A DNA stretch of 64,000 nucleotides from an uncultured Cytophagales bacterium (GCA_964511645.1 CAZEGV010000001.1:11343-75342), one strand, 5' to 3'; counted from the stretch's first letter, positions 31,244 to 42,314 are shown. Numbers and translations: made by a program. The notes: generated by a model not told the origin, from the letters alone.

Positions 31244-32020
31244 ATGAAAGTAGACAAATACCTTAAAATACTCGTAAAACTTCAAACAATTGATTCAAAA
31301 ATAGATGAAATTGAAAAAGTGCGTGGTGATCTTCCTGAAGAAGTTCAAGATTTAGAAGATGAATTGGCAGGCTTAGAAACTCGAATTACAAAATTTGAGA
31401 CTGAACACGAAGGTTTAGAAAATGAAATTACTGAACGTAAAGAGGCTATTAAAACGGCTAACGATCTTGTTGCTAAATATACAGAGCAACAAAACACTGT
31501 TCGTAATAATCGTGAGTATGATGCTATCACAAAAGAAATTGAGCTTCAGGAGTTAGAAGCACAAGTTTGTGAGAAAAAAATCAAAGAAGCTGGTTATGGA
31601 CTAGAGAAAAAGAAAGAAGAGATTGAAAAGGTGAAAGAAGGTCTTGAATCTCGTACAGCAGACCTAGCTACTAAAAAAGTAGAGCTAGAAACAATCATTG
31701 CAGAAAGTAAGGAAGAGGAAGATAAACTACTAGTAGATAGAGAAAAAATTACTGGGAAAATTGAAGACCGATTATTGCTTTCTTACGATAAATTACGTGG
31801 AAAAGTACGTAATAGACTTGCCGTAGTATCTGTTAAACGTAATGCTTGTGGAGGATGTTTTAACACTGTGCCACCTCAACGCCAATCAGATGTAAAGGAT
31901 AAGAAGAAGATTATGGTGTGTGAACATTGTGGTAGGATTCTTGCTGATGTAGAGGTTGTGAAAGAGGTTGTAAAACCAAAAAAGAAAAGAACTGTTCGTG
32001 CTAAAAAAGCTACATCATAA
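31244..32020 (+). CDS. Coiled-coil protein with C4 zinc ribbon (DUF164 family)
   Basis: Long coiled coil, ACGGC...CEHCGRIL. Confidence 0.9.
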   Translation: MKVDKYLKILVKLQTIDSKIDEIEKVRGDLPEEVQDLEDELAGLETRITKFETEHEGLENEITERKEAIKTANDLVAKYTEQQNTVRNNREYDAITKEIELQELEAQVCEKKIKEAGYGLEKKKEEIEKVKEGLESRTADLATKKVELETIIAESKEEEDKLLVDREKITGKIEDRLLLSYDKLRGKVRNRLAVVSVKRNACGGCFNTVPPQRQSDVKDKKKIMVCEHCGRILADVEVVKEVVKPKKKRTVRAKKATS

Positions 32021-32051
32021 CATTACTTTTATAAAACATTCAACAAAAAGG

Positions 32052-33506
32052 ATGGTTTTTATAAGCCATCCTTTTTTGTTTGTTCTACTATTTTTTAATT
32101 CGGTATATAGCTTTGCTCATTTTGACTTTAGCCCTGCTCACCAGAAGGCTTATCAGCAATTATTGTACATGCAAGTACCACTTGTAGAGAAAAACATTAA
32201 TACACTAGACAAAAAAAATGGATGCACTATAAGTATTAAAAACACTTTAGTCATACTAAAGTTACTCGCCAACGACTCCCCTCAATTGTATGATTCACTC
32301 AAAGCATTAGAATCTACTTACCAAAAAGAATTAAAAAAACAAGCTGAAAAATCACCTTATTACCATTATTACGAAGCAGAAATGAAGCTATATTGGGCCT
32401 TCGTACACCTCAACTATGGAAACGAAGTAGCGGCATTCATTAAATTAAAATCTGTAAAGAGTATCATAGAGGCTAACACAAAAAACTACCCCGACTTCTT
32501 ACCCAACAAAAAGGTAGATGCCATTATACAACTGATACTCGGCAGTATACCTGGAGAATACAAATGGATTACAGATAACTTAGGACTCAAAGGAAGTCAC
32601 TACAAAGGAATTTCTCTACTTAATGAAATTATCGACAGTAACCATTGCCTCAAAGATGAAGCTTTACTCTTAAAGTCTATGTCTTATATATTCTTGCAAC
32701 AAGATTATTACTTAGGGCTCTCTATTGTTAATAAGTTACAGCAAAAACATCCTAAATCTTTACTTTATAACTTTATACTAGTCAATACGCTCCTGTTTAA
32801 GCATGACAATGAAAAAGCACTTGAAATCATCAAGAAAAAGCCTAAAGGAAATGAATATGTAAATATACCTCAATACACTTACTTTACCGCTGAATGTTTT
32901 TTACAGAAACTAGAGTTACAAACTGCAGAACAATATTATCAACAATTCTTGAAAAAATATACTGGGAAAAATCACAGAAAAAGTAGCTATTTCAAACTCT
33001 ATCTTATAGAAACGATGAGAGGAAACCGAAGCAAAGCCGATTATTACATCAATCAAATTGATACAAAACATAAATCCAACACTTACCCTGATAAGTACGC
33101 AGTAGCTTTCGCTAAAAATCCAGAAAATTTTCATCCAAAACTTATCAAAGTAAGACTTTTGCAAGATGGCGGATATTACAGCAGGGCTCTCAAAATTCTT
33201 CTTGACACTAAAACTAGTATCCGCAGAGATATTCTAGAAAAAGAATACCGATTGGCAAGAGTTTATCACTTTACAGGAAAAACAGTACTCGCCAAAGAGC
33301 ATTATAAAACCTGCATCAACAAAAGCCGTTATGATGATGGTTGGTATTACGCTCCCAACTCTTGCTTACAGCTAGGTTATATATATGAATACTACAATAA
33401 AGACTTAGCCAAATCTTATTACCAAAAGGCATTAAAATACAGTCAACACCCATATAAAAATGGTATAGATGATCGTGCTAAAAAAGGAATTAATCGATTA
33501 AAATAA
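32052..33506 (+). CDS. TPR-repeat exported protein
   Basis: Signal peptide and helical TPR-like repeats; start moved to the ATG at 32052. Confidence 0.7.
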   Translation: MVFISHPFLFVLLFFNSVYSFAHFDFSPAHQKAYQQLLYMQVPLVEKNINTLDKKNGCTISIKNTLVILKLLANDSPQLYDSLKALESTYQKELKKQAEKSPYYHYYEAEMKLYWAFVHLNYGNEVAAFIKLKSVKSIIEANTKNYPDFLPNKKVDAIIQLILGSIPGEYKWITDNLGLKGSHYKGISLLNEIIDSNHCLKDEALLLKSMSYIFLQQDYYLGLSIVNKLQQKHPKSLLYNFILVNTLLFKHDNEKALEIIKKKPKGNEYVNIPQYTYFTAECFLQKLELQTAEQYYQQFLKKYTGKNHRKSSYFKLYLIETMRGNRSKADYYINQIDTKHKSNTYPDKYAVAFAKNPENFHPKLIKVRLLQDGGYYSRALKILLDTKTSIRRDILEKEYRLARVYHFTGKTVLAKEHYKTCINKSRYDDGWYYAPNSCLQLGYIYEYYNKDLAKSYYQKALKYSQHPYKNGIDDRAKKGINRLK

Positions 33507-34627
33507 TGTCATTGATAAGTAAAATAAAAGACTACAATTACGCCGCTATTTTCACCAATACAAAATATCGATATGGATTCAAGAACCTTATTTCTCTAGG
33601 AAATGAAGCTTTAGAAGACTTTCCTAACCTATCACCTGATGAGCTCACTGCTGGTTTTATTAATTATGAATATAAAAATCAAGTAGAGAAATCAAAATCT
33701 GCAAATCCTGCAAGTATCTCATTTCCCGATTGGTTTTTCTTTAAACCTATAGAATATCAAGAATTTGACTACCTAAATGAAACAAGTGACGTTAAAAGTT
33801 CTTTTCCTGCAATCAGTTTCCAATGTAATTTCACAAAAGAAGAGTATATCCAATCTATAGAGAAAATAAAAGAACACATTGTAAATGGGGACATTTACGA
33901 AATGAATTTCTGTATTGAGTTTACTGCAAAACAAAAAATTGACCCCGTAGCTCTTTACCTAAAATCTATAAAAGAAGACCCAAAGCCATTTTCTTCATTT
34001 TTTAAATACAAAAGTAAATATATGATTGGTGCTTCTCCAGAGCGGTATATACTCAACGAAGATGGTAGACTACACTCCCACCCAATAAAAGGGACTGCTC
34101 CTAGAGGTAAAACACCTGAAGAAGATAATCGCTTAAAAAAAGAGCTTTACCACTCAGAAAAAGAACGTGCTGAAAACTTAATGATTGTAGACCTTGTCCG
34201 CAATGACTTGAGTAAGATTGGCATAAAAGGTTCTACTAGAGTAGATGAGCTTTTTGGTCTATACACCTTCCCTACTGTACACCAAATGATTTCTAGTATT
34301 AGTTGCAAAAGTGACTGTAGTTTTAAACAAATCATAGATGGCACCTTTCCTATGGGGAGCATGACAGGAGCTCCAAAAGTAATGTCTACAAATCTAATAG
34401 AACAATATGAACGTTCAGCTAGAGGCTTGTATAGTGGCACAGTGGGCTACTTACTACCCAGTGGTGATTTTGATTTTAATGTTGTCATTCGTAGTCTTAT
34501 TTATGATGCTGATACTTGTCAATTATCCTTACATGTGGGAGGTGCCATTACTTACTCATCCAACCCTGAGCAAGAATATGAAGAATGCCTACTAAAGGCT
34601 CAATCATTCTTTGACATGCTTCAATAA
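33506..34627 (+). CDS. pabB: Aminodeoxychorismate synthase component I (chorismate-binding)
   Basis: ASPERY, PIKGTAPRG, AENLMIVDLVRNDL, PMGSMTGAPK, RGLYSGTVG. Confidence 0.85.
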   Translation: MSLISKIKDYNYAAIFTNTKYRYGFKNLISLGNEALEDFPNLSPDELTAGFINYEYKNQVEKSKSANPASISFPDWFFFKPIEYQEFDYLNETSDVKSSFPAISFQCNFTKEEYIQSIEKIKEHIVNGDIYEMNFCIEFTAKQKIDPVALYLKSIKEDPKPFSSFFKYKSKYMIGASPERYILNEDGRLHSHPIKGTAPRGKTPEEDNRLKKELYHSEKERAENLMIVDLVRNDLSKIGIKGSTRVDELFGLYTFPTVHQMISSISCKSDCSFKQIIDGTFPMGSMTGAPKVMSTNLIEQYERSARGLYSGTVGYLLPSGDFDFNVVIRSLIYDADTCQLSLHVGGAITYSSNPEQEYEECLLKAQSFFDMLQ

Positions 34628-35293
34628 ATGTTTTCGGCTTTTATTAACATATTATACCCGAGTATTTGTATCTCTTGCAAAAGTCAATTAATGAAAAAAG
34701 AGGTTGTTTTTTGTGCACAATGCGAAACAGAGTTTCCAGCAGTAAAACCTAATGAAAGCAAACTGCGACTTAAACTAGACGGTAGAGCAAAAATAGAAAA
34801 TTTTTATGCACTCACTAGATTTACTAGGTCTAGCAAAATCCAAAAAGCTATCCACTTGCTCAAATATGGAGATAAACCAAAGGTAGGACATCAATTAGGT
34901 ATCGCTTTTGCTAATAAAATAACACTTGACAAAAGCATTGATTATATTATCCCAGTACCTCTTCATCCAATAAAACTCAAAAATAGAGGATACAACCAAT
35001 CAGAGGAGTTTGCAAATGGGATTTCTTACAAAAACACCATTCCCATTATCAATAGCATTTTACACAAAACAAGTCACACACAATCTCAGGCATCTAAAAA
35101 CAGAAATGAACGGCTTGTTTTTAATCCAAAAGCTTATAAGCTAGATGACAAACAAAAAATCCTACAAGAAAGACACATACTACTTGTAGACGATGTTATT
35201 ACTACTGGAGTTACTTTAGAAAACTGTATTGCTGCTTTTAAAGATGTAAAAAATATTAGAATTAGCATAGCAGTAATTGCTTTTACTGAGTAA
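34628..35293 (+). CDS. comF: ComF-family phosphoribosyltransferase-like protein
   Basis: C..C zinc motifs, PVPLH...RGYNQ, LLVDDVITTG. Confidence 0.88.
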   Translation: MFSAFINILYPSICISCKSQLMKKEVVFCAQCETEFPAVKPNESKLRLKLDGRAKIENFYALTRFTRSSKIQKAIHLLKYGDKPKVGHQLGIAFANKITLDKSIDYIIPVPLHPIKLKNRGYNQSEEFANGISYKNTIPIINSILHKTSHTQSQASKNRNERLVFNPKAYKLDDKQKILQERHILLVDDVITTGVTLENCIAAFKDVKNIRISIAVIAFTE

Positions 35294-36956
35294 TATCAAC
35301 TTCCTCTAGCTTCAACAATTTCATTGCATTAAACTTCAAATTTTTTACTTTAGGGTTAACTAATGTCAGCGATTCATTATAATACAACGGTATCACTGGA
35401 GCATCATCCACTATCAACTGATCCATTTGGTAATACAATGCTAACCTTGCACTGTCATTGGTGATAGTCCTTGCTAAAGCAAATAAAGAGTCTACCTTTG
35501 GGTTTGAATAATGTGTTTTGTTAGGACCAAAAGGGGATTCATTAGGTCCATAAAATAAAGTTAAATAATTTTCAGCATCTGGATAATCACCTACCCAAGC
35601 TGCTCTAAACATCTCTAGTTCACCTTTTATAGCCAAATCATAATTTACTTTGGGTTCATTCATCCTAATTTCTACTTTTATCCCCAGAGACTCCTCCCAA
35701 CTCTTCACAATAAATTCCATTAAGTTCTTTTGCACTTTTCCTGCCGACATCACCAACACCGGCAATGTCTCTAATGTCCAACCTGATTTGGCAAGATATT
35801 CTTTAGCTTTTTTTGGGCTATAAGCATAACCTTGAGTAATACCTTCTGCAAACCCTGGTGTAGCTAGAGGAACAATCCCACTTCTAGCAGGTTCACCCAA
35901 TCCATTTCTGAGTATATTGATTAACTTCCCTTTATCTACTCCGTAACATAATGCTTTTCTAAAATTCTTATCAAATAAAGGATGCTTCCCATTGTGTTTT
36001 TTGTAACAATTAGCTTCTTTATTTAGTTGTATCCCTATATATTCCAAATACAAATAAGGGTTACGAGAAACTACATAGTTCAACCCCTCCTTTGTTTCTC
36101 CATTGGGTTTTAGGACGTCTTCAATTTGATATTCATCTAACCCGTCTAGCATATCTATTTTACCTGTCGAAAAAGCCCTAAAAGCTTGTGCTCGTTCTGT
36201 AATGAAATACAGCTGAACAGCATCTAAATATGGTAGTTGATTGCCCTTTTTATCTTTTCTCCAATAGTTTTCATTTTTGTGTAAAACAAGAGAGTTACCC
36301 TCTTCCCACATAAAAAGCTTAAAAGGTCCAGTCCCTACTGGGTTTCGCCTATAATCTGCACCATAATGTTTTACAATCTCTGGTGCTACTACAAAAGCAT
36401 AAGCCATGCTCAATACTTGCAATATCAAAGGATTTGGTTTTTGGAGATAAACTTTAAACACTTCATTATTTACAGCTTTAAAACAGGTGTCTGAAAGTGT
36501 GCCATTAGGGTTTTTAAGTACTTTGTCTCTAAATATCCAAATTCCTTTGTTATAAATATCGTTTGTGTCACAAATACGCTTTAGCGAAAACTCTACATCA
36601 TAAGCAGTTACGGATCTTCCCTTGCCATTAGTAAATAGTTTGTGGTCATGAAATTTAGTTCCTTTACGCATATAAAAGGTGTAACATTTTCCGTTTTCTG
36701 ATATATCCCAATGACTCGCCAAAGCAGGTTTCACCTTCATATTATCATCAAGTTCTACCAAACCATTATAAAGTTGTGTGTTTATCCACACAGCACTCAT
36801 ATCCGAGGTAAGTGCTGGATCTAATGCACTTAAAGCTCCTACCTCATTATACCTAAAGACCTTTTTTTGTTCAGAAGAGTTGTCCACAGAGCAAGAAAAA
36901 AGTGTGTATAAGAGCGTGGAAAAGATAAGAGTTTTATGTAGAAACATGACTTTCAT
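35283..36956 (-). CDS. ABC transporter substrate-binding lipoprotein, family 5 (peptide/nickel)
   Basis: Lipobox LFSC, LDP, LYNGLV, PVGTGPFK, W..DYPD. Confidence 0.88.
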   Translation of the reverse strand: MKVMFLHKTLIFSTLLYTLFSCSVDNSSEQKKVFRYNEVGALSALDPALTSDMSAVWINTQLYNGLVELDDNMKVKPALASHWDISENGKCYTFYMRKGTKFHDHKLFTNGKGRSVTAYDVEFSLKRICDTNDIYNKGIWIFRDKVLKNPNGTLSDTCFKAVNNEVFKVYLQKPNPLILQVLSMAYAFVVAPEIVKHYGADYRRNPVGTGPFKLFMWEEGNSLVLHKNENYWRKDKKGNQLPYLDAVQLYFITERAQAFRAFSTGKIDMLDGLDEYQIEDVLKPNGETKEGLNYVVSRNPYLYLEYIGIQLNKEANCYKKHNGKHPLFDKNFRKALCYGVDKGKLINILRNGLGEPARSGIVPLATPGFAEGITQGYAYSPKKAKEYLAKSGWTLETLPVLVMSAGKVQKNLMEFIVKSWEESLGIKVEIRMNEPKVNYDLAIKGELEMFRAAWVGDYPDAENYLTLFYGPNESPFGPNKTHYSNPKVDSLFALARTITNDSARLALYYQMDQLIVDDAPVIPLYYNESLTLVNPKVKNLKFNAMKLLKLEEVDITQ

Positions 36957-37086
36957 TTTTAGCTATATTTGTTGTCTAAGCAAAAGGATTATTTACCAAA
37001 AATACGTTTTTATATAAAACTACAAAAGGTAATTGAGAGGATTGTTTTCAACAAAAAAAATCATACATCAGCTAAAGAAAAATTCT

Positions 37087-37860
37087 ATGGGAAAAGTTAT
37101 TGGGATTGCTAATCAAAAAGGAGGAGTAGGAAAGACTACTACAGCAGTCAATCTAGCCGCTAGCTTAGCCGCTATGGAACACAAAACACTTATCGTAGAT
37201 GCTGACCCACAAGCAAATGCTACATCTGGATTAGGGCTTGACCCAAAAATCATTCAACACAGTATTTATGATTTGATGCTAGAAGAAACAGACCCTAAAC
37301 CTCACATTCTTCATACAGAGGTTGACTTTTTAGATATAATCCCTTCTAATATAGACCTTGTAGGTGCTGAGATAGACCTTGTAGACATTGACAATAGAGA
37401 GGCTAGAATGAAGCAAACGATTAATAAAATTAAGGATGATTATGATTTTATTATTATTGATTGCTCACCATCATTAGGACTTACTACCATCAATGCTCTT
37501 GTAGCTGCGGATTCGGTAATTATACCTGTACAATGTGAATATTATGCTTTGGAAGGTTTAGGAAAATTACTCAATACTATTAAAATTATTCAGAAAAGGC
37601 TAAACCCTGAACTTGAAATAGAGGGTATTTTGTTGACGATGTATGATATTCGTGTAAATCTTTCTAATCAAGTGGTGCATGAAGTACGCTTGCACTTCAA
37701 ACAACTTACCTTTGAAACCATCATACCTCGTAATGTAAGGCTAAGTGAGTCTCCTAGTTTTGGTTTACCTACTATTGCTCATGATGCTGAGAGTAAAGGT
37801 GCAATAAGTTACTTGAATTTGGCTAAAGAAATTTTAGACAAAAACACTATTGAGGCATAA
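37087..37860 (+). CDS. parA: Chromosome partitioning ATPase ParA/Soj
   Basis: NQKGGVGKTT, DADPQANAT, IDCSPSLG; start moved to the ATG at 37087. Confidence 0.95.
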   Translation: MGKVIGIANQKGGVGKTTTAVNLAASLAAMEHKTLIVDADPQANATSGLGLDPKIIQHSIYDLMLEETDPKPHILHTEVDFLDIIPSNIDLVGAEIDLVDIDNREARMKQTINKIKDDYDFIIIDCSPSLGLTTINALVAADSVIIPVQCEYYALEGLGKLLNTIKIIQKRLNPELEIEGILLTMYDIRVNLSNQVVHEVRLHFKQLTFETIIPRNVRLSESPSFGLPTIAHDAESKGAISYLNLAKEILDKNTIEA

Positions 37861-37877
37861 AACACGATAAATCGTGT

Positions 37878-38009
37878 TTGACTTAGGGATAGAGCGGTTT
37901 GTTTGAATCACAAAACGTAGCAGAGCGAAGTTTTTGGGATGAGTAGCGATAGCCCGACCATGAAGTAAAGCGAAGTGAAATGTAGCTGAACCTGAATGGG
38001 AAGTCCCAA
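37878..38009 (+). repeat. Structured intergenic repeat copy E5, between parA and parB
   Basis: TTGACTTAGGGATAGAGCGG...GAGTAGCGATAGCCCGACC...GGGAAGTCCCAA. Confidence 0.8.
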
Positions 38010-38049
38010 GAAAACAAAACATCATAAAACCATAGTTTAATTTTAGAAA

Positions 38050-38916
38050 ATGGCAAAAAAAAGACAAGTATTAGGAAGAGGTTTAGGTGCTTTATTAAAA
38101 GACACTGAAACGGTGGTAGAAAAACATAGTGAAATCAGTAATTTTCAAGAAATTCCTGTATCCCAAATTGAGACGAATCCTTATCAGCCACGTACTCATT
38201 TTGACGACGATGCCCTGAATGAGTTAGCTGAATCAATCAAAGTACAGGGCATTATACAGCCGATTACTGTGCGAAAGATGAGCGACAAGAGTTTTCAACT
38301 TATTTCTGGTGAGAGAAGGTTGCAAGCGAGTAAACGTGCTGGGTTAGAAAAAATCCCTGCATATATTCGTACGGCTAACGATCAAGAAATGCTTGAAATG
38401 GGCTTGATTGAAAATATTCAACGTGAAAACTTAAATGCAATTGAAATTGCTTTGTCATACCAACGCTTACTTTCAGAATGTAAACTGAAACAGGAAGAAC
38501 TTGGAGAACGAGTGGGAAAAAAGCGTACTACGGTCAATAATTACTTGCGTTTACTCAAGTTACCTCCTAGCATACAAACAAGTGTGAGAGACAAAGAAAT
38601 CTCAATGGGGCATGCTAAGGCTTTATTAAGTATTGAAAAAATAGACAAGCAGTTGGCTGTTTTTGAACTTGTTACAAAAGAAGGTCTTTCGGTGAGGGCT
38701 ACTGAGCAACTTGCCAAACAAGATGAGTTTGCAAAAAAAGAAAACAACACAAATAAAGAAAGTTCTTACGAAATAACACAGTTGCAATCGAAACTTTCTT
38801 CTCATTTTGGTACTAAAATAAACATCAAAAGTGATCAAAAACACAAAGGTGAAATAAAAATACCTTTTATTTCGTTAGAAGACTTGAATCGTATCCTCGA
38901 AATTTTGGATATATAG
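38050..38916 (+). CDS. parB: Chromosome partitioning protein ParB/Spo0J
   Basis: LGRGLGALL, NPYQPR, GERRLQA arginine patch, ENIQRENL. Confidence 0.95.
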   Translation: MAKKRQVLGRGLGALLKDTETVVEKHSEISNFQEIPVSQIETNPYQPRTHFDDDALNELAESIKVQGIIQPITVRKMSDKSFQLISGERRLQASKRAGLEKIPAYIRTANDQEMLEMGLIENIQRENLNAIEIALSYQRLLSECKLKQEELGERVGKKRTTVNNYLRLLKLPPSIQTSVRDKEISMGHAKALLSIEKIDKQLAVFELVTKEGLSVRATEQLAKQDEFAKKENNTNKESSYEITQLQSKLSSHFGTKINIKSDQKHKGEIKIPFISLEDLNRILEILDI

Positions 38917-38941
38917 GTTAATCTATGCGATATTTGTCTTA

Positions 38942-39484
38942 GTGAAAAAACGAATACTATATATATGCCTTTTGGTGCTTGTACTAAACTCTGTGTTTAG
39001 TCAAGAAAAAAAAATACCCGCACTCAAAACTGCAGTAAAAGCAACCTTGCTCTCTACTGCCCTACCTGGGCTTGGACAAGTGTATAATAAAAAATACTGG
39101 AAAGTTCCTATTATATATGCTGCTGGGGGTGCACTTAGCTACTTTGCTATAAGTAACCATAAGGAATACAAGGACTTAAGAGATGCGATTAATAATAGAC
39201 AAAGTAACAATAACCTCACCTCTAGCAATGATGCTTTTCCGCAATTAAGCACCGACCAATTGCGAACAAGGAAAGACCATTTTAGGAGACAACGGGATTA
39301 CAATATAATTTTTATAGGACTTTTGTATGTTGCCAATATTATAGATGCTAATGTAGATGCTCACTTGCGTGAATTTGATGTAAATGATGATTTAAGTATG
39401 AATTTATCGCCTATTGTTATCCCTACAAACTCTTTTAACAATTTATCATTTGGTTTATCTTTGACGCTTAGGCTCAAAAAATAA
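38942..39484 (+). CDS. DUF5683 family membrane protein
   Basis: PGLGQVYNKKYWKVPIIY, NIIDANVDAHL. Confidence 0.8.
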   Translation: MKKRILYICLLVLVLNSVFSQEKKIPALKTAVKATLLSTALPGLGQVYNKKYWKVPIIYAAGGALSYFAISNHKEYKDLRDAINNRQSNNNLTSSNDAFPQLSTDQLRTRKDHFRRQRDYNIIFIGLLYVANIIDANVDAHLREFDVNDDLSMNLSPIVIPTNSFNNLSFGLSLTLRLKK

Positions 39485-39509
39485 ACTTATTATTTAAGCA
39501 TTATTTTAT

Positions 39510-40226
39510 ATGAAAATTTTACTTGTAGGATATGGGAAAATGGGCAAAATCATTGAAAGAATTGCTCAAGAGCGTGGACACGAGGTTGTAGGTAGAATTA
39601 CTTCTAAAAACGGTGATACTTTATCACAGTATAATGCTAGTAATACTGATGCCGCTATTGAGTTTACTCGCCCAGAGATTGGCTATAATAATATCAAGAT
39701 TTTATTACAAAACAATATACCTACTGTATCTGGCACAACAGGTTGGCTAGAGCATTGGGATGAAATCAAAGAGCTTACTGCCAATACTAATGGTGCATTT
39801 TTTTACGCAAGTAATTTTAGCATTGGCGTAAATATCTTTTTTAAAGTCAATAAAATTTTGGCTTCTATTATGAAAAATTTTCCTGCTTATGACGTTAAGA
39901 TGGAAGAGATTCATCATATACATAAGCTAGATGCACCTAGTGGAACTGCTATTACGCTAGCAGAAGACATTATGGAAATCGTTACTACAAAAACAGATTG
40001 GGCATTGGGTAAATCAAATAAAAAATCTGATCTAATTATTGAGGCAATACGTGAAAAAGAGGTGCCAGGCACACATATTATTGATTATAGTTCGACTATT
40101 GACAGTATAGAAATCAAGCACGAGGCACATAACAGAGAAGGTTTTGCACTAGGATCTGTCCTAGCAGCAGAGTTTGCAACACAAAATAAAGGAACACTTA
40201 GCATGGATGACATGCTCAAAATATAA
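39510..40226 (+). CDS. dapB: 4-hydroxy-tetrahydrodipicolinate reductase
   Basis: GYGKMG, SGTTGW, NFSIGV, EIHHIHKLDAPSGTA. Confidence 0.95.
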   Translation: MKILLVGYGKMGKIIERIAQERGHEVVGRITSKNGDTLSQYNASNTDAAIEFTRPEIGYNNIKILLQNNIPTVSGTTGWLEHWDEIKELTANTNGAFFYASNFSIGVNIFFKVNKILASIMKNFPAYDVKMEEIHHIHKLDAPSGTAITLAEDIMEIVTTKTDWALGKSNKKSDLIIEAIREKEVPGTHIIDYSSTIDSIEIKHEAHNREGFALGSVLAAEFATQNKGTLSMDDMLKI

Positions 40227-40232
40227 TATATT

Positions 40233-41894
40233 ATGGGATTTATTGTTTATACATTTTTACTTAGCCAACTAGTATTAGGTCATATAGGTTTAGCACAATT
40301 ATTCAAAAAAGCAGGGGTTAAATCATGGAAGGCTTATGTACCGTTTCTTAATGCTTGGGAATGGATTAAGCTTATCGAAAAGCCTAAATACTGGATTATT
40401 CTTCTGATTTTGCCAATTTTCAACATTTTCACTTACCTATCTATGGTGGTGGATTTGATTCAAGGTTTTAATCACCGTACACTTAAGCAAGAAATAGTTG
40501 CTCTGTTGTTTCCTGGGTATTACTTTTTTATCATAGGTAGGAAAGAAGAAACCAAATGGTATGGGATTGTAGAAGACAAAAAAAGCGATTGGGCGGAATC
40601 TATTATTTTTGCATTATATGCCGCTACGTTGATTCGTTGGTCTACTTTTGAGCCTTATATGATTCCAACTTCCTCTATGGAAGGTTCTTTATTAGTTGGT
40701 GATTTTTTGTTTGTATCTAAAATGCACTATGGTCCTCGTACACCAATGACACCGTTGCAAGTACCACTTACTCATCAGACCTTTCCTTGGGTAGGGAAAG
40801 ATAAATTAGCTTCTGGTGATTACACACACACGTATTTGAACATTCCAGCATTGCGGTTGCCTTACTTTAGGTTACCAGGTTTTGGCTCGGTAAAACGAAA
40901 TGATGTAGTAGTCTTTAATTTCCCTGGTTATGACAAGCATTATAACGAAATGAATCTCCCACCAGATTTGCGTACCAATTACATAAAACGCTGTGTAGCA
41001 CAAGCTGGAGATACACTAAGCCAAGTCAATGCTATCATTAGTGTAAATGGAACTCCCATTAAAAACCACGAAAACACACAACATAATTACCTTGTACACT
41101 CGGGTGCTAACTTAGCCCCTCGCTTATTTGATGCTCAAAATGTACGTGAATACAACCAAAGAGAACGGGATAAAAATGGAAATATTGTATATGATTGGAA
41201 TATCATAAAAAAACCTAGTGTTCAGGATAAAAAAATATTCAGACCTGAGGCTATTCAATCTTTTACACAGGAGTATAACTTAATCTCTAAATTAGTAAAA
41301 GACACACTCCCATTTATTGCTTACCACTACCCTATGGACAAAGGTCAAAAAACTTACTTTGAGGGAATTAAAGAAGTGAACGGTGTAACGATGATGGCAC
41401 GTAGACCTCGTGGAGAAGTGGAAGATATTCTTTTTTATGAGAAGGCTTACAACCCTACTGAAATCAGTAAATTCTCAATAAAAGGTGATGACGTTACTCA
41501 AAACGTAGATAATTTCTCTCCTTTTGTAATTCCTTTTGAGGGCATGACTATTAAGCTTACTGATAAAAACAGAAGATTTTTAATCTCTCATTATGGGTAT
41601 TTGATAGAATATTATGACAGAAATAAAGATGGCGAGTATATAGTTAATGACAAGTATCAATTATTTAAAGACGGAAAAGAGATACAAGAATATACTTTTA
41701 ATCAAAATTATTACTTTATGATTGGAGACAATCGTCACCAGTCGTTGGATTCTAGGTATTGGGGGTTTGTACCAGAAGATCATATAGTAGGGAAAGCTTT
41801 ATTTGTTTGGTTCTCTAGGGAAAGTGGTTTATCAAAACCGCTGTCTTTCTTTGAAAGTATTCGCTGGAATAGGATATTTAAGGCTATTGAGTAA
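40233..41894 (+). CDS. lepB: Signal peptidase I with N-terminal membrane extension
   Basis: IPTSSMEGSL catalytic Ser, NYIKRC catalytic Lys, GDNRHQSLDSRYWG. Confidence 0.92.
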   Translation: MGFIVYTFLLSQLVLGHIGLAQLFKKAGVKSWKAYVPFLNAWEWIKLIEKPKYWIILLILPIFNIFTYLSMVVDLIQGFNHRTLKQEIVALLFPGYYFFIIGRKEETKWYGIVEDKKSDWAESIIFALYAATLIRWSTFEPYMIPTSSMEGSLLVGDFLFVSKMHYGPRTPMTPLQVPLTHQTFPWVGKDKLASGDYTHTYLNIPALRLPYFRLPGFGSVKRNDVVVFNFPGYDKHYNEMNLPPDLRTNYIKRCVAQAGDTLSQVNAIISVNGTPIKNHENTQHNYLVHSGANLAPRLFDAQNVREYNQRERDKNGNIVYDWNIIKKPSVQDKKIFRPEAIQSFTQEYNLISKLVKDTLPFIAYHYPMDKGQKTYFEGIKEVNGVTMMARRPRGEVEDILFYEKAYNPTEISKFSIKGDDVTQNVDNFSPFVIPFEGMTIKLTDKNRRFLISHYGYLIEYYDRNKDGEYIVNDKYQLFKDGKEIQEYTFNQNYYFMIGDNRHQSLDSRYWGFVPEDHIVGKALFVWFSRESGLSKPLSFFESIRWNRIFKAIE

Positions 41895-42289
41895 TGAAAA
41901 AAGATATTCCAGAACATATTTCACAAGGTGTCTATCTTGCCATTGTCCCTACAGAAGACTCAACTATTTGGGAGGCTTACTTGGTCAATGATAGAGATGT
42001 AACGATTGATAATATATTGATTAACTCAAAAGGATTTGGGGAAGTTGACAAACAAGAAGTCAGTACTTCTGTGCTTAGACATCACATTCTTGAGTTAAAG
42101 CCTAAAAGCTTCACAAAAATAGAAAATGTTACCCCTGAGGTATTTGGGCTAAATAATCGTTTTTGGGTGACCTATTATATAGGAAGAATAATTTATGACA
42201 AAAAATTCCTTTTTACTCCTTACAGTATAGATAAACAACATTTTACTAATATTCCAGTTTTGGGTAAAAAAGGTGTTCTTCATCGGTAG
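41894..42289 (+). CDS. Conserved hypothetical protein
   Basis: MKKDI start, W..YL.N, SKGFG, FWVTY; coupled to lepB. Confidence 0.7.
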   Translation: MKKDIPEHISQGVYLAIVPTEDSTIWEAYLVNDRDVTIDNILINSKGFGEVDKQEVSTSVLRHHILELKPKSFTKIENVTPEVFGLNNRFWVTYYIGRIIYDKKFLFTPYSIDKQHFTNIPVLGKKGVLHR

Positions 42290-42314
42290 TTAGGTTTCAT
42301 TAACAATGAATCCG

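Noticed and set aside
37033-39000. parS site near parAB
   Set aside because: No match to the TGTTTCACGTGAAACA-type palindrome noticed in or around the operon.
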